A stretch of 64,000 bases of DNA from an uncultured Spirochaetota bacterium (GTDB lineage: Bacteria > Spirochaetota > UBA4802 > UBA5550), in contig CAWHAA010000005.1 in the NCBI GenBank assembly GCA_963827275.1, positions 96,001 through 160,000 on the forward strand, in the 5' to 3' direction. Below, one piece after another: positions 52,376-63,495 of the stretch. Position 1 is the first letter of the stretch. Every line of letters starts with the position of its first letter. The notes under the pieces were generated by a model, which was not told the DNA's origin, did not search any database, and saw nothing but the letters and a program-made list of their open reading frames with translations. The position numbers were made by a program, and so were the translations under genes.

Positions 52376-54803
52376 TTATCTTATCAGATCAAGCTTCCCC
52401 TCAACAATCCCGTACTGGGCGGTCTTCACAATCCGCACGCCGCGGAGACCGCCCTCCGGGAGACCCAGGAGGGTCCGCACAACATCATCTATACGCACCG
52501 CATTCTCGGAGCCCGCGTACAGCCTGATCATCACCGTCCCCGCTGCTTCGGTTTCATACGAATGGACCACCCTGTCAAACGGCGCCTCCCGTTCACCCTT
52601 TTTGCCCTTCTTGACAAAGCCGTTTCCCGCGGCAAGCGCTTCAGACATGCTCTTTATCAATCCTTCGCCCGCGGCAATCCTGTATTCAACGACGCCGGTC
52701 CCGGCCATTATCGAATCCTTGTCGCTGACGGCGCGCAGTTCCGCGGCGGATATTCCCTCCGGGAGGCCGGCATTCAGCCTGGCCGCCAGGTCCGCCGGCG
52801 CACCCTCGTAAACGTCAACGTCAACCAGCTCCGACTCGCTTTCGATGCCCAGCGGCGTCGGGAAGCCGGCGGAGACGCGCTCCCGCTTGTTGAACCCGCG
52901 GGTCATGGCGACCGGCGCGTCCGCCATGCGGAGGGCGCGCTTCACGATCTCCATGAAGTCGATGTGCGAAATGAAGCGCATCATCCCTGTTTTGGTGAAG
53001 CGAATTCGGATACGGCCGGAGGCTTCGAAACGCCGGGCGAAGAGACGGGTCGCCTCCTCGATGCGCGCCGCGTCGATGCCCCCGCGCGGCCGCACCGCCC
53101 GCCGCCGCAGCGGCGCGCACGCGGCGGCCGCCGCGCTCCTCTTTTCAAGTACGGGCCCGAACCCGGTCCCGATGCAGTCCCAGGGGAGCGGGCCTTCCAG
53201 GCGGCTGCCGATGCGGTCGCTCCAGCCGGGGGCCACCGCGTCGAGGTTCCCGGCCCAGACATCGAAGCGGAAGAGCTCGTCCCAGGAATCGAAGCGGCAC
53301 CCGTCGCGATACGAGCGCTCGATCGCCGCGCCGAGGGAGGAATCGCCCCTGGCGATAACGGCCTCCAGGATCGACGAATCGACGTCATGGTTCTTGATCC
53401 TGATGGCGCGGGGGAGCCCCCTCTTGATGCGGCGGACGGTCTCGTCGAAGTACCCGCGGCCCATCTGGCGCTCACGCTGGAAGGGCGTGTGGGGCTTGGG
53501 CACGAACGGCGACACGGTCACGTTGATGTCAACGCCCCGGCCGGCGGCCCGGTGGATCTCCCTCAACAGCGCGATGACGTCCTCCGCCTCGTCGGTCTCA
53601 TCGCAGCCGGGAAGGCCGATCATGAAATAGAGCTTTATCACCTTCCACCCGCGGGCCGCCACGTGCCGCACGATATCGAGCAGGTCGTCGGTGAACACGT
53701 TCTTGTGCGCCCGCGCCCGCACCATTTCCGACGCCGACTCCACCGCGAAGGTCAGCGACGCGCGGCGCAGCTCGGAGATCTGCTCGATCAGCGGCAGGGT
53801 CGCCGTGTCGACCCTGAGCGAGGGAAACGAGACCGTGATCCCCCGCCCGGTAAGCTCCGGGAGGATCTCGTTGACAAGCGGCGCGAGACCGGGGTAATCG
53901 CTGATGGAGAGCGACGAGAGGGTCACTTCGTTGTAGCCCGTGTGCTTCGCGATCTCCAGTATCCGGCCGGCAACGTCGCGGTGGTCATAGCGCCGGTATG
54001 GCAGGTCCCAGAAGCCGGCGTGGCAGAAATTGCAGAAGTTGCAGCAGCCGCGGGTCACCTCGATGACGATCCGCTCCTGCGCGATGCGGATGTTCGGCAC
54101 GAGGGGCCTGAGCGGGATCGGCCGGGACCGCGCCGCGGTACACCCGCCGGCGCACCGGCGGGCCCCCGTCCGCGCCGCAGCGCGAAGGGAGCAGCACGCC
54201 GTCGATGGCGCCAATCCGCTCGATGACGTCCCGCCTCCCGCTCCCCGCCTCCTTCGCCGCGCGCGCGGCCTCCACGATCTCCCGTATCCCCTCCTCGCCG
54301 TCGCCAAGATAGAACGCATCGATGAAGTCCGACAGGGGGAAGGGGTTCGAGACCGCCGCGCCCCCGGCGAGTATGACGGGATCGCCCTCGCCCCGGTCGT
54401 TCCGGCGCAGGGGGATGCCGCCCAGGTCGAGGACCTGGAGGACGTTGGTGCAGAGCAGCTCGTGCGAGACGTTGAAGCCCAGGAGGTCAAGCTCCCGCAG
54501 GGGCGTGCGGGTCTCCAGCGTATGCAGGGGCACGCCGCCCGCCCGGAGCGCCGCCTCGAAGTCTTCTGCGACGGCGAAGACACGCTCGCACGCCGCGCCG
54601 GGCATCGCGTTGACGATGTCGTAGAGAATGCGCAGGCCGTTGTTCGACATGCCCACTTCGTACAGGTCCGGGTAGGAGAGCGCCATGCGGAACGGCGCGT
54701 CCTCCTTCACTATGACGTTCAGCTCGTGTCCCGCGTACCGCCCCGGCTTCTGCACGCGGGCGAGGAGGTCTTCAAGGATTGTCCGGTCGATTCTCATTGT
54801 CAT
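52376..54803 (-). CDS. B12-binding radical SAM protein fused to a radical-SAM-linked (DUF2344-like) domain, frameshifted near 54120-54170
   Basis: VQKPGRYAGHELN, YPDLYEVGMSN, RGCCNFCNFC, LYFMIGLP, FVPKPHTPFQ and RFISHID motifs. Confidence 0.9.
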
Positions 54804-55632
54804 TCCATGGTATGGTTTTCCGGCAGGCCCTGGCCAGCGCCACGAACTCGTCGCGGCCGAGCTCCTCGCCGCGCCTGCCGCCGTCTATCTTCGCCTCGTC
54901 AAGCATCCGCGCCGCGTCCCCGCGCCCGATGCCCAGGTGCGGGGAACCGGTCAGCGCGGCGAGCAGCGTCTTCCGCCTTCCCCAGAAGGCGGACTTCACC
55001 ATCAGGTGGAACAGGACGATGTCCCGGCCTTCAAGCGGGAGGGCGCCGCGCCGCGACAGCGCCATGAAGGCCGAGGCCACCTCCGGCCGCGGGTAAAAGG
55101 CCTCGCGCGGGACCTTCATCAGCACCTTCGCCTCGTAGTAGAAGCCGAGCGTCACCGAAAGGGCGCCGTAGCTCTTCTGTCCCGGCGCGGCCGCGATCCG
55201 CTCCGCCATCTCTTTCTGGAGCATCACGAACACCTCCGGCGCGTCGTACCGGACGAAGGAAAAAAGCATTTCGGATGAGCAGTAATACGGGAGGTTCGAC
55301 ACGATCTTCGTAAAGAGGCCCGCGGGCGGGTTCTTTAAAAAATCGCCGTGGACCAGCGCGAAGCCGGCCCTGTCGCCGAAGCGCTCCGCCAGGTAGCGCG
55401 AAAAGCCGGCATCGATCTCCACCGCCGTGACATGGCCCGCCCTTTCCAGGAGCCCCTCCGTGAGCGCGCCCAGCCCGGGGCCGACTTCCAGCACCCGGTC
55501 CGCGGCGGAGAGGCGCATTGCCCCGAGTATCCGGTCCCGCGCCTCGACGGAAACGAGAAAATTCTGCCCCAGCTTTTTATTCGGCCGGAGTCCCCGCTCC
55601 ATGATGATGCGCTTTATCTCAGATACGTTCAT
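54772..55632 (-). CDS. rsmA: 16S rRNA dimethyladenosine transferase
   Basis: KKLGQNFL, EVGPGLG, SNLPY, MLQKE and RRKTL motifs. Confidence 0.96.
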   Translation of the reverse strand: MNVSEIKRIIMERGLRPNKKLGQNFLVSVEARDRILGAMRLSAADRVLEVGPGLGALTEGLLERAGHVTAVEIDAGFSRYLAERFGDRAGFALVHGDFLKNPPAGLFTKIVSNLPYYCSSEMLFSFVRYDAPEVFVMLQKEMAERIAAAPGQKSYGALSVTLGFYYEAKVLMKVPREAFYPRPEVASAFMALSRRGALPLEGRDIVLFHLMVKSAFWGRRKTLLAALTGSPHLGIGRGDAARMLDEAKIDGGRRGEELGRDEFVALARACRKTIPWNDNENRPDNP

Positions 55633-56059
55633 GCCCGGCCGTTTTCAGGGCGCCCGCCGCGCCCCGCGTGGTGACACGGCGGTCAGACCGCCGTGTATTG
55701 TTCTATACAGGAACGCCCGTTATTGGGCAAGATATTTTTTCCCACCGCGCCGAAATGCCGTCGCGGGAGGAAAGATATTGCGCCGGGACATGTAAATTGT
55801 TTGACGGCATTGCGATTATCCGATACAGGTTTGTCACACAGTATCATCATGATCCCGGGACGCCGCGTGGCGTTCGGGACCGCAACGCAGGGACAAAAAG
55901 AGAAGCGGGGCCGGTTTTTATTACATGAATGTTAAATTTGGGCGATTTGGACCATTAGATTCACTTCATCTGTTGACAAAAAACCTCATGAGAAATTATA
56001 TTCATCTTGTTTTAAAGCGGATCTTTACTAAAGATCGTCACCATGTACCGGAGGGCCCG

Positions 56060-58228
56060 ATGAAAAAAATTACGCCGACAATCGCAACCGAGAGGAACTA
56101 TGTTGTTGAAAAGGAGAAGAACCTCCCGATATCAACGTATTTCGGGGAAGACACCTTTAACGATAAACTGATGCAGGCAAAACTGCCCAAGGTCTTCTAT
56201 AACAAGCTGAAGGACAGCATCGACACCGGCAGGAACCTCGACATCGAGACCGCCAACGCGGTGGCGCACGCAATGAAGGAATGGGCCCTTGAGCGGGGCG
56301 CCACGCACTTCGCGCACTGGTTCCAGCCCATGACCGGCGCGTCCGCCGAAAAGCATGACGCGTTCATAGAGATTACCGGCCCCGGTGAAGTTATCGAGCG
56401 CTTCACCGGCGAACAGCTCGTGCAGGGCGAGCCGGACGCGTCGAGCTTCCCGAGCGGCGGGCTCCGCTCCACCTTCGAGGCGCGCGGCTACACGGCCTGG
56501 GACATGTCCAGCCCCGCGTTCCTCCGCAAGAACGGGATCGGCATCACCCTCTGCATCCCCTCGGCCTTCATCTCATACCACGGGGAGGCCCTGGACAAGA
56601 AGACGCCCCTGCTGCGCTCTCTCCGCGCGGTCAACGACAGCGCCCTGCGCGTCCTGAAGCTCCTGGGGAACCGCAAATCGAAAAAAATCATCTCCAACCT
56701 GGGGCCCGAGCAGGAATATTTCTGCATCGACATGGACTATTTCTACAAGCGCCAGGACCTGGTGCTCACCGGCAGGACCCTCGTCGGCGCGCCGCCCGCG
56801 AAGGGGCAGGAGCTCGAAGACCAGTATTTCGGCAGCATCAAGGAACGGATGCAGTCGTTCATGCACGACACCGAAGAGGAGCTTTACAAGCTCGGCATCC
56901 CGGCAAAGACGAGGCACAACGAGGTGGCGCCGTCCCAGTTCGAAATTGCGCCCATATACGAGGAGGCGAACATCGCCGTTGACCACAACCTCCTCGTCAT
57001 GGAGAAGCTGCAGCAGGTCGCCCGCCAGCACAACATGGCGGTCCTGCTCCACGAAAAGCCGTTTGCGGGCATCAACGGATCGGGCAAGCATGTGAACTGG
57101 TCGCTCTCGACCGACGACGGCATCAACCTGTTCAAGCCGGGCAAGACCCCGCACGACAACATACAGTTCCTGGTGTTCCTCCTTGCCACCATGAAGGCCG
57201 TGTACCGGCACGCCGACCTGCTGCGCGCGTCCGTGGGCTCGGCCTCCAACGACCACCGGCTGGGCGCCAACGAGGCGCCGCCGGCCATCATTTCGATCTT
57301 CCTCGGCGAACAGCTGACCAGGATACTCGAGAGCATCGAAAAGGGCGTCGCGTCGGACGCCTCGGACAAGTCGATCATCAACCTGGGCATATCATCGCTC
57401 CCGATCGTAAGCAGGGACAACTCCGACCGGAACCGCACCTCGCCGTTCGCCTTTACCGGCAACAAGTTCGAATTCCGCGCGGTGGGCTCATCGCAGAACA
57501 TATCCTTCCCCGCGACGATACTCAACACGATCATGGCCGAGGCGCTTGACGAGGTGGCGGAACTGATCGAGAAGCGCAAGAGCGACAACATACGCCAGAC
57601 GGTGCTCGACCTGATGAAAGAAGAGCTGCCGAAGGTGAAGGCCATCCTCTACCAGGGGGACAACTATTGCGAGGAGTGGCATAAGGAAGCGGAGCGCAGG
57701 GGGCTCCCGAACCTCAAGACCTCCCCCGAGGCCTTCACCGCGATGGACACGGAGAAGGCGCGCGCCCTGTTCGAGAAATACAAGGTCCTCTCCCCGGTGG
57801 AGCTCAAATCCCGCTATACCATCAGGATCGAGAAGTACTGCAAGGACATCGAGATCGAGGCCAAGGCCCTGTGCAACATCGCCGCCAGCCAGATCGTGCC
57901 GTCGGCGGTGGCCTACCAGAAGGACCTGGCCGAAGCGATCATACGCACGGAAAAGGCCCTCGGTACGGACGCCGACCTCGGCGCGCAGAAAAAGCTGCTG
58001 AAGCAGATCACCGGGCTGATCAACGGCATCCAGACCTCGCTGGTCGAGCTGAAGTCGCGGCTCGACAAGGCCGGCACGCACCACGAGCAGGCGCGGGCGG
58101 ACTACCTCTGCAAGGAGGTCCGGAGCGTGATGAGCGACATACGCAGGCAGGTCGACGAGCTTGAGAACCACGTGGCCGACCACCAGTGGCCCATGCCCAA
58201 GTTCTGGGAGATGCTGTTCGTCAATTGA
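56060..58228 (+). CDS. glnA: Glutamine synthetase type III
   Basis: HWFQPMTG, EPDASSFPSGG, HNEVAPSQFE, NGSGKH and DRNRTSPFAF motifs. Confidence 0.96.
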   Translation: MKKITPTIATERNYVVEKEKNLPISTYFGEDTFNDKLMQAKLPKVFYNKLKDSIDTGRNLDIETANAVAHAMKEWALERGATHFAHWFQPMTGASAEKHDAFIEITGPGEVIERFTGEQLVQGEPDASSFPSGGLRSTFEARGYTAWDMSSPAFLRKNGIGITLCIPSAFISYHGEALDKKTPLLRSLRAVNDSALRVLKLLGNRKSKKIISNLGPEQEYFCIDMDYFYKRQDLVLTGRTLVGAPPAKGQELEDQYFGSIKERMQSFMHDTEEELYKLGIPAKTRHNEVAPSQFEIAPIYEEANIAVDHNLLVMEKLQQVARQHNMAVLLHEKPFAGINGSGKHVNWSLSTDDGINLFKPGKTPHDNIQFLVFLLATMKAVYRHADLLRASVGSASNDHRLGANEAPPAIISIFLGEQLTRILESIEKGVASDASDKSIINLGISSLPIVSRDNSDRNRTSPFAFTGNKFEFRAVGSSQNISFPATILNTIMAEALDEVAELIEKRKSDNIRQTVLDLMKEELPKVKAILYQGDNYCEEWHKEAERRGLPNLKTSPEAFTAMDTEKARALFEKYKVLSPVELKSRYTIRIEKYCKDIEIEAKALCNIAASQIVPSAVAYQKDLAEAIIRTEKALGTDADLGAQKKLLKQITGLINGIQTSLVELKSRLDKAGTHHEQARADYLCKEVRSVMSDIRRQVDELENHVADHQWPMPKFWEMLFVN

Positions 58229-58265
58229 CCCCGGCCCGGGGCCGCATCCATTTTGCAGATACGCT

Positions 58266-58304
58266 AAAAAAAACCGCGCGGGAACGCCTCCCGCGCGGTT
58301 TTTT
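58266..58304 (+). terminator. Intrinsic terminator after GSIII
   Basis: AAAAACCGCGCGGGA-loop-TCCCGCGCGGTTTTT. Confidence 0.85.
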
Positions 58305-58406
58305 ATGAAAAAAGAATTGAAGAATTAACCATCCGGTCAATATCATGTCTTCCATCGGTTGCGGGACCACGCAAGGCTGATCAATATCATTCTACAGAGA
58401 GCGCAT

Positions 58407-59069
58407 ATGTCAGACATACTTGTTTTTGTCGGTTACGGGGAAACGTTCGTTTTCTTAATCCTCCTCCTCGCCAGCGTCCTGGCCTTCGCAGTGGGCATGG
58501 AGCGCGCCATCGTATTCAGAAGGAATTACAACAAGAAGATCGCCGGCTTTGCCGCCGAGCTGATACGCCTGTTGCGGCAGCGCGACCTCGGGGCCGCGGC
58601 GGCCCTCGTGAAGACCTCGGGGGAGAACGCCTATACCCGCTTTGCGCTGTTCGCGATTGAGCACGCGCAGGACAACGCGACGGGCCTTGCCGACCTGATG
58701 TCGGGAAAGATCATCGAGGAAAAGATGGAGCTGGAAAAGCGGCTCACCATATTGAACACGCTGGGCAACAACGCGCCGTTCATCGGCCTGCTCGGCACGG
58801 TGCTCGGGGTCATCAAGGCCTTCCACGGCCTCGGCACGCTCGGCAGCACCGGGGCCGAGGTGGTCATGCGCAGCATCTCCCGCGCCCTGCTGGCGACCGC
58901 GGCGGGCCTCTTCATCGCGATCCCGGTGGTCATGGCGAACAACTACTTTTCGAAAAAGGTAAAGATCATAACCCAGCACCTCGAGATACTCTCGAGGGAG
59001 ATCAGCGCGAGCCTGCACGCGCGCGTGACCGGGGCTGCGAAAAAAGCGAAAGCGTCAAAAAAGAGGTAG
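58407..59069 (+). CDS. exbB: MotA/TolQ/ExbB proton channel
   Basis: [12 protein letters not shown] and ALLATAAGL motifs. Confidence 0.9.
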   Translation: MSDILVFVGYGETFVFLILLLASVLAFAVGMERAIVFRRNYNKKIAGFAAELIRLLRQRDLGAAAALVKTSGENAYTRFALFAIEHAQDNATGLADLMSGKIIEEKMELEKRLTILNTLGNNAPFIGLLGTVLGVIKAFHGLGTLGSTGAEVVMRSISRALLATAAGLFIAIPVVMANNYFSKKVKIITQHLEILSREISASLHARVTGAAKKAKASKKR

Positions 59070-59073
59070 CAAG

Positions 59074-59478
59074 ATGGCGGCAATGCCCGGCGGCGACGAC
59101 AACGACGAAATCGGCTATATAAACATCACCCCTATGGTGGACGTGCTCCTCGTCCTCCTGGTCATATTCATGGTCACGGCGAATTTTTTAAAGCAGGAAT
59201 CCGTGAACATCAACCTGCCCAAGGTGAACGCGGCGGACCCCAATGTCGCGAAATCGGTGCAGGTGGCCATCACTAAAAGCGGGAAGCTCCTCATGGAGGA
59301 CACCGAGCTGACGGAAGAAGCGCTGGTGCGGAAGCTCGCGGCCGAGTCGAAGTACCGTCCCAACATGCGGGTCACCCTCTCCGCCGACGAGCGCCTGAGC
59401 TACGGGACCATCGCGCGCGTCATGGGGCTGATCCGGCAGTCGGGCGTCACCCGCATCGCCCTTTCGGTAAAGCGGTAG
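59074..59478 (+). CDS. exbD: ExbD/TolR protein
   Basis: [19 protein letters not shown] motif. Confidence 0.92.
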   Translation: MAAMPGGDDNDEIGYINITPMVDVLLVLLVIFMVTANFLKQESVNINLPKVNAADPNVAKSVQVAITKSGKLLMEDTELTEEALVRKLAAESKYRPNMRVTLSADERLSYGTIARVMGLIRQSGVTRIALSVKR

Positions 59479-59493
59479 CCGGCGGTCCGGGCC

Positions 59494-60156
59494 ATGGCGA
59501 TGTCGGTCATACAGGCGATACGCGGCAGGATCAGGGAGATGGACCTCTTCGAGCTGTGCCTCACCGTGTCGCTGATCCTGCACGGCGCGGCGTGCACCGC
59601 CTACCTTGTCTCCACCCTCCCCTCGTTCGCCGGCGACGATGACAAGGTATTCGACGCCGCGGCGATGGACATGAAAAACGTCGAGGTCGATTTCATCGAC
59701 CTGCCGCCGTCGGTGCTCCTGGGAGGGGACACCAACCCCGCGCCGGTCGAGAAAGAGGAATGGATCGAGGGGAGCGGGAAGGACAAGCCCGACGCGGACA
59801 GCACCGATGTCGACATAAACAAGCTCTCCGGCGACGGCACCGACACCGACGGCTACATGTACGCGGAGCTGAGCGACCACCCCCCGGTGCCGATCATCGA
59901 TTTCGACCTTAACAGGTATTTCCCGCAGGCGGCGCGCACGGCCAACATTACCCGGAAGACCGTGCTGCTCCAGATACAGGTGAACGAGGACGGGTCCATC
60001 CGGAGCGCGAAGGTCATCTCGCCGCCGTCGGGCTTCGGCTTTGACGAGGCCGCGATGAAGGTGGTGAACCGGATGCGCTTCAGGCCAGGCAAGATCGGTG
60101 GCAGGGCGGTGAAGATGCTCATGCAGATCCCCATGACCTTCGTGCTCGAGAACTGA
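59494..60156 (+). CDS. tonB: TonB family energy transducer
   Basis: SLILH TM motif; C-terminal FPQAAR...GFDEAA...FRPG. Confidence 0.85.
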   Translation: MAMSVIQAIRGRIREMDLFELCLTVSLILHGAACTAYLVSTLPSFAGDDDKVFDAAAMDMKNVEVDFIDLPPSVLLGGDTNPAPVEKEEWIEGSGKDKPDADSTDVDINKLSGDGTDTDGYMYAELSDHPPVPIIDFDLNRYFPQAARTANITRKTVLLQIQVNEDGSIRSAKVISPPSGFGFDEAAMKVVNRMRFRPGKIGGRAVKMLMQIPMTFVLEN

Positions 60157-60180
60157 GGGCCGTCAGGCGGGATGCCGGGG

Positions 60181-61491
60181 TCAGACCCGGTAATATTCCT
60201 TCTTCACGCGGTTGATCATCTGGATGGTGCCGTACTTGCCTGATTTCTTCGCGCTGTTCATGAGCCGGACCCCCTCCTTCTCGCATGACTTGCACGCATT
60301 CATGGGGATCTCGATGCCGAGCGACAGCGCGCAGACCGAGGAAAACGACTCCAGGCTGAAGAGCCCGGCGCACTCTTTGCACCGCACGATCGATTCTACC
60401 TGCGATTCGCGGATGCCGTCCGTGTCGTAGAAGACGTTCTTCCTCCTGGTCATCGTCCCGCCGTAGCCGGGAAGGTCCCCGATGCGGGTCGGGTGGAAGT
60501 AAACCCCCAGGACGATGTCCTTCAGCTTCCTGATATACTCGGTGATCCGCGGGTCCTGCCTGAGCGCCGCGGCGTCGTAATTCGGCTCCCTGACGTGGGA
60601 ATAATCGACGCCGGCCATGGCGAGGATGATCCCCAGGTTCACGTAGGGGAGCGCCCCCTGGATCGAGTACCCGCCCTCGAGTACCGCGATGTCGGGGTTG
60701 AGCTTCTCGTTGAGCGCCGCGTACCCCTGCGCGGAGAAATTCATGTTGGTGATTGGGTCGGAGTAGTGGTTGTCCTGGCCCGCGCTGTTGACGATGATCT
60801 CCGGCTTGAAGTCCTTCAGGATGGGCAGCACCATCTCGTCGATGGCGTAGAGAAAGCCCTCGTCGCAGGTCTCCGGCGGCAGCGGGATGTTGACGGTCTT
60901 CCCCAGCGCGTTGGGCCCGCCCATCTCGTCCACGTGGCCCGACCCCGGGTAGAGCGTCCGGCCGTCCTGGTGGATGGAGATAAAGAGCACGTCCGGGTCG
61001 TTCCAGAAGATGTCCTGCGAGCCGTCGCCATGGTGGCAGTCGGTATCGACCACCGCGACCTTATTCACGCCGAACTTGTCGCGGAGGTACTCGATCATGA
61101 TGGCCTCGTTGTTGATGTTGCAGAAGCCGCGGTTCCCGTGGACCGATTTCATGGCATGGTGCCCCGGCGGCCGCACCAGCGCAAACGACTTGTCCACCTG
61201 GCCCTCCATGACGATCCGCGCGGCCTTTATGGCGCCGCCCGCCGAGATCATGTGCGACTCGGTGGTCACGCTGGCGACGTCGGGGAAGCAGAAATGCGAC
61301 CGCATCACGTCCTCCTCGGTCGCGATGTCGGGCTTGAACTCGACCAGCCCGTCGATGTCGAAGACGCCCTCCTCCCGCAGCTGGTCCTGGGTGTAGAGGA
61401 GCCGCTCCTCCCGCTCGGGGTGCGTGGGCGATATGGCCCAGTCATACGCCGGGAAGAAGATCAGTCCCATCCGGTTTTTCGCCTTGATCAT
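60181..61491 (-). CDS. Histone deacetylase-family amidohydrolase
   Basis: HPE, RPPGHHA, GFC, DCHHGDG, SAGQD and LEGGY motifs. Confidence 0.93.
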   Translation of the reverse strand: MIKAKNRMGLIFFPAYDWAISPTHPEREERLLYTQDQLREEGVFDIDGLVEFKPDIATEEDVMRSHFCFPDVASVTTESHMISAGGAIKAARIVMEGQVDKSFALVRPPGHHAMKSVHGNRGFCNINNEAIMIEYLRDKFGVNKVAVVDTDCHHGDGSQDIFWNDPDVLFISIHQDGRTLYPGSGHVDEMGGPNALGKTVNIPLPPETCDEGFLYAIDEMVLPILKDFKPEIIVNSAGQDNHYSDPITNMNFSAQGYAALNEKLNPDIAVLEGGYSIQGALPYVNLGIILAMAGVDYSHVREPNYDAAALRQDPRITEYIRKLKDIVLGVYFHPTRIGDLPGYGGTMTRRKNVFYDTDGIRESQVESIVRCKECAGLFSLESFSSVCALSLGIEIPMNACKSCEKEGVRLMNSAKKSGKYGTIQMINRVKKEYYRV

Positions 61492-63158
61492 GACAACCTC
61501 TTGAACGCGCCGGGCTTGACCTGGCACTTGACCCTGATGTCCTTCCCGTTGCTGTAATATCCGTCTATCATGTTGAAGGAGGAGGATTCGATGATTTCCG
61601 TGTCCGCATCAGCCGGGACGCCCAGGCCGGCCAGGTGCTCCTCGAGGAGCTTCTTCGCGTCGCGTTCGGCCTCCTTGAGCGTGTAACTGGCGGTGACCGA
61701 ACGCCGCACGTCGATGCTCGGGATGAGGAGCGTGCCCTTCCCCGTGTCGGCGAAGAGCTCTATCTCGATGGTGGTCCTGGCCAGGGCGGCGCCGATGGCA
61801 TTGGCCACGTCGTAGTTGCCCGGGACCTCGACCTTCGCGCCGAAGGCCTCGGCGAGCCTGTCTTTGAACGCCAGGGCCGGTCCGCCCATGACATAGATCA
61901 CCGCCGGCGCCAGGGTCTTTCCCTCGAGCATTTCATGTATGGTATACACCGGCCGGTTGCGGATCTCGTCAAGCATGTCGTCGACTTCCTTCTTGATCCG
62001 GGCGACGGCGAAATCGAACGCCGCGTCCGACAGCTTCGCCGGGGACATGCCGTTCTTTTTCGCGAAGTCGGTGATCCCCTTTTTTGATGCCGCGACGTCG
62101 AGGTAGTCTATGACGCTGCGGTGATTGAGCGCGTCCACCAGCGCCGGCTCTTTCCCGCCGGCCGCCATGGAGGGGCCCCGGCGGTCGGGTCCGATGGAGA
62201 CCTGCTTGCCCTCCACGTGTATCGTGGAATCGCCGCCGATCCCGATGGAGCGCGTCTTGAGCGACCTGACCAGCGTGGGGCTCGACAGCAGGGAGATGCC
62301 TTCCTTTTCGATGAGGGGCACGCCGTCCGCGAAGAGGGCGATATCGGTGGTGGTGCCGCCGATATCGAGCATGACCGCGTCGCGCGTGATGTCGCAGAGG
62401 GCGACGATACCCATGACGCTGGCCGCCGGCCCGGACAGGATCGACTCGACCGGCTTGGTCCGCGAAAGCGCGATGGGCATGGTGCCGCCGTCGGCCTTGA
62501 GGATATTGACCTCGGCCGTAATCCCCAGGCCCTTGAGCCCCTCGTCGATGGCGTCGGCGAACTGGCTGTAGAGCCGCCACACCGCCGAGTTATAATAGGC
62601 GGTGACGATACGGCGCGGAAAGCTCAGCTGTCCCGACAGCTTGTGGCCGCAGGTGGTGAAATCGGAGAGGGCCTCGAACGCCCCGGCGATCGCGTTTTCC
62701 TGGTCCGGGTTCCGCGTCGAGAACTTGGTCACCGCCGCGAAGGCGCGGATCTTCCTCTTCGCCGCTTCGCCGGCGATGCGGGAGATGGCCTTTTCGTCAA
62801 GCGCGCTTACCTCGGTGCCGCGGTGGTCGATGGACCCGTCCACGGTGTAAAAGTAGCGCCCTATCCTGAAATTGCCCGGGTCGATCCCCGGGCCGGACGA
62901 CGTAACGACGCACACGTCTTCGAGCTTGTTTTCGATGATTGCGTTGGTGGAGAGCGTGGTGCTCAGGTTGACGCGCTTGATCTTTTTCGGGTCGGCGTCC
63001 CGGGTGATCTCCTCGATCGCCCCGCGGACCGAGCGGAGCAGGTTGTCGTGATCGGTGACGGCCTTGTAATGCGAAACGATCCCCTTCTCGCCGATGAGCA
63101 CTGCGTCGGTATGGGTCCCCCCGACGTCGAGGCCCAGATACAGGTCAGTTTTTGCCAT
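61488..63158 (-). CDS. Hydantoinase/oxoprolinase (HyuA-like) protein
   Basis: GLDVGGTHTD, SGPAAS, DIGGTTTD, GIGGDS and ANAIGAA motifs. Confidence 0.93.
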   Translation of the reverse strand: MAKTDLYLGLDVGGTHTDAVLIGEKGIVSHYKAVTDHDNLLRSVRGAIEEITRDADPKKIKRVNLSTTLSTNAIIENKLEDVCVVTSSGPGIDPGNFRIGRYFYTVDGSIDHRGTEVSALDEKAISRIAGEAAKRKIRAFAAVTKFSTRNPDQENAIAGAFEALSDFTTCGHKLSGQLSFPRRIVTAYYNSAVWRLYSQFADAIDEGLKGLGITAEVNILKADGGTMPIALSRTKPVESILSGPAASVMGIVALCDITRDAVMLDIGGTTTDIALFADGVPLIEKEGISLLSSPTLVRSLKTRSIGIGGDSTIHVEGKQVSIGPDRRGPSMAAGGKEPALVDALNHRSVIDYLDVAASKKGITDFAKKNGMSPAKLSDAAFDFAVARIKKEVDDMLDEIRNRPVYTIHEMLEGKTLAPAVIYVMGGPALAFKDRLAEAFGAKVEVPGNYDVANAIGAALARTTIEIELFADTGKGTLLIPSIDVRRSVTASYTLKEAERDAKKLLEEHLAGLGVPADADTEIIESSSFNMIDGYYSNGKDIRVKCQVKPGAFKRLS

Positions 63159-63175
63159 GGACGCTCCGCGCTGGA

Positions 63176-63361
63176 TCAGGCCTCGTGGGCCTTTTTACCG
63201 TAGACCCGTTCGTAGGCCGCGCAGTACGGGCACATGCCGCCTTCGATGGTTTTCACAAACCAGTAGGCAAGCCCCTTCTGCTTCTTTCTCGCGCGCGAGC
63301 ACACGGGGCACTCGACGCACCGCTTTGCCATCTCCCGGTCCTTTTCGCTGATATTTTTCAT
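63176..63361 (-). CDS. Small Cys-rich protein
   Basis: CVECPVC...CPYCAAYE; directly upstream of the hydantoinase gene. Confidence 0.75.
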   Translation of the reverse strand: MKNISEKDREMAKRCVECPVCSRARKKQKGLAYWFVKTIEGGMCPYCAAYERVYGKKAHEA

Positions 63362-63495
63362 AGGCACCCTGTCCCGGTAATTGCCCGGGCCCGCTCAGCG
63401 CCCTTCGGCGCGGGCCCGGGTCAATAATAATAATTCAGGGTGGACCACCATCATCCGCCTGTCAATGATTAATATTAATAAATGGCCGCCGGCGG

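Noticed and set aside
55780..56059. glnA riboswitch or GlnR/NrpR operator upstream of GSIII
   Set aside because: Only a generic hairpin and a possible TTGACA promoter; no convincing consensus.
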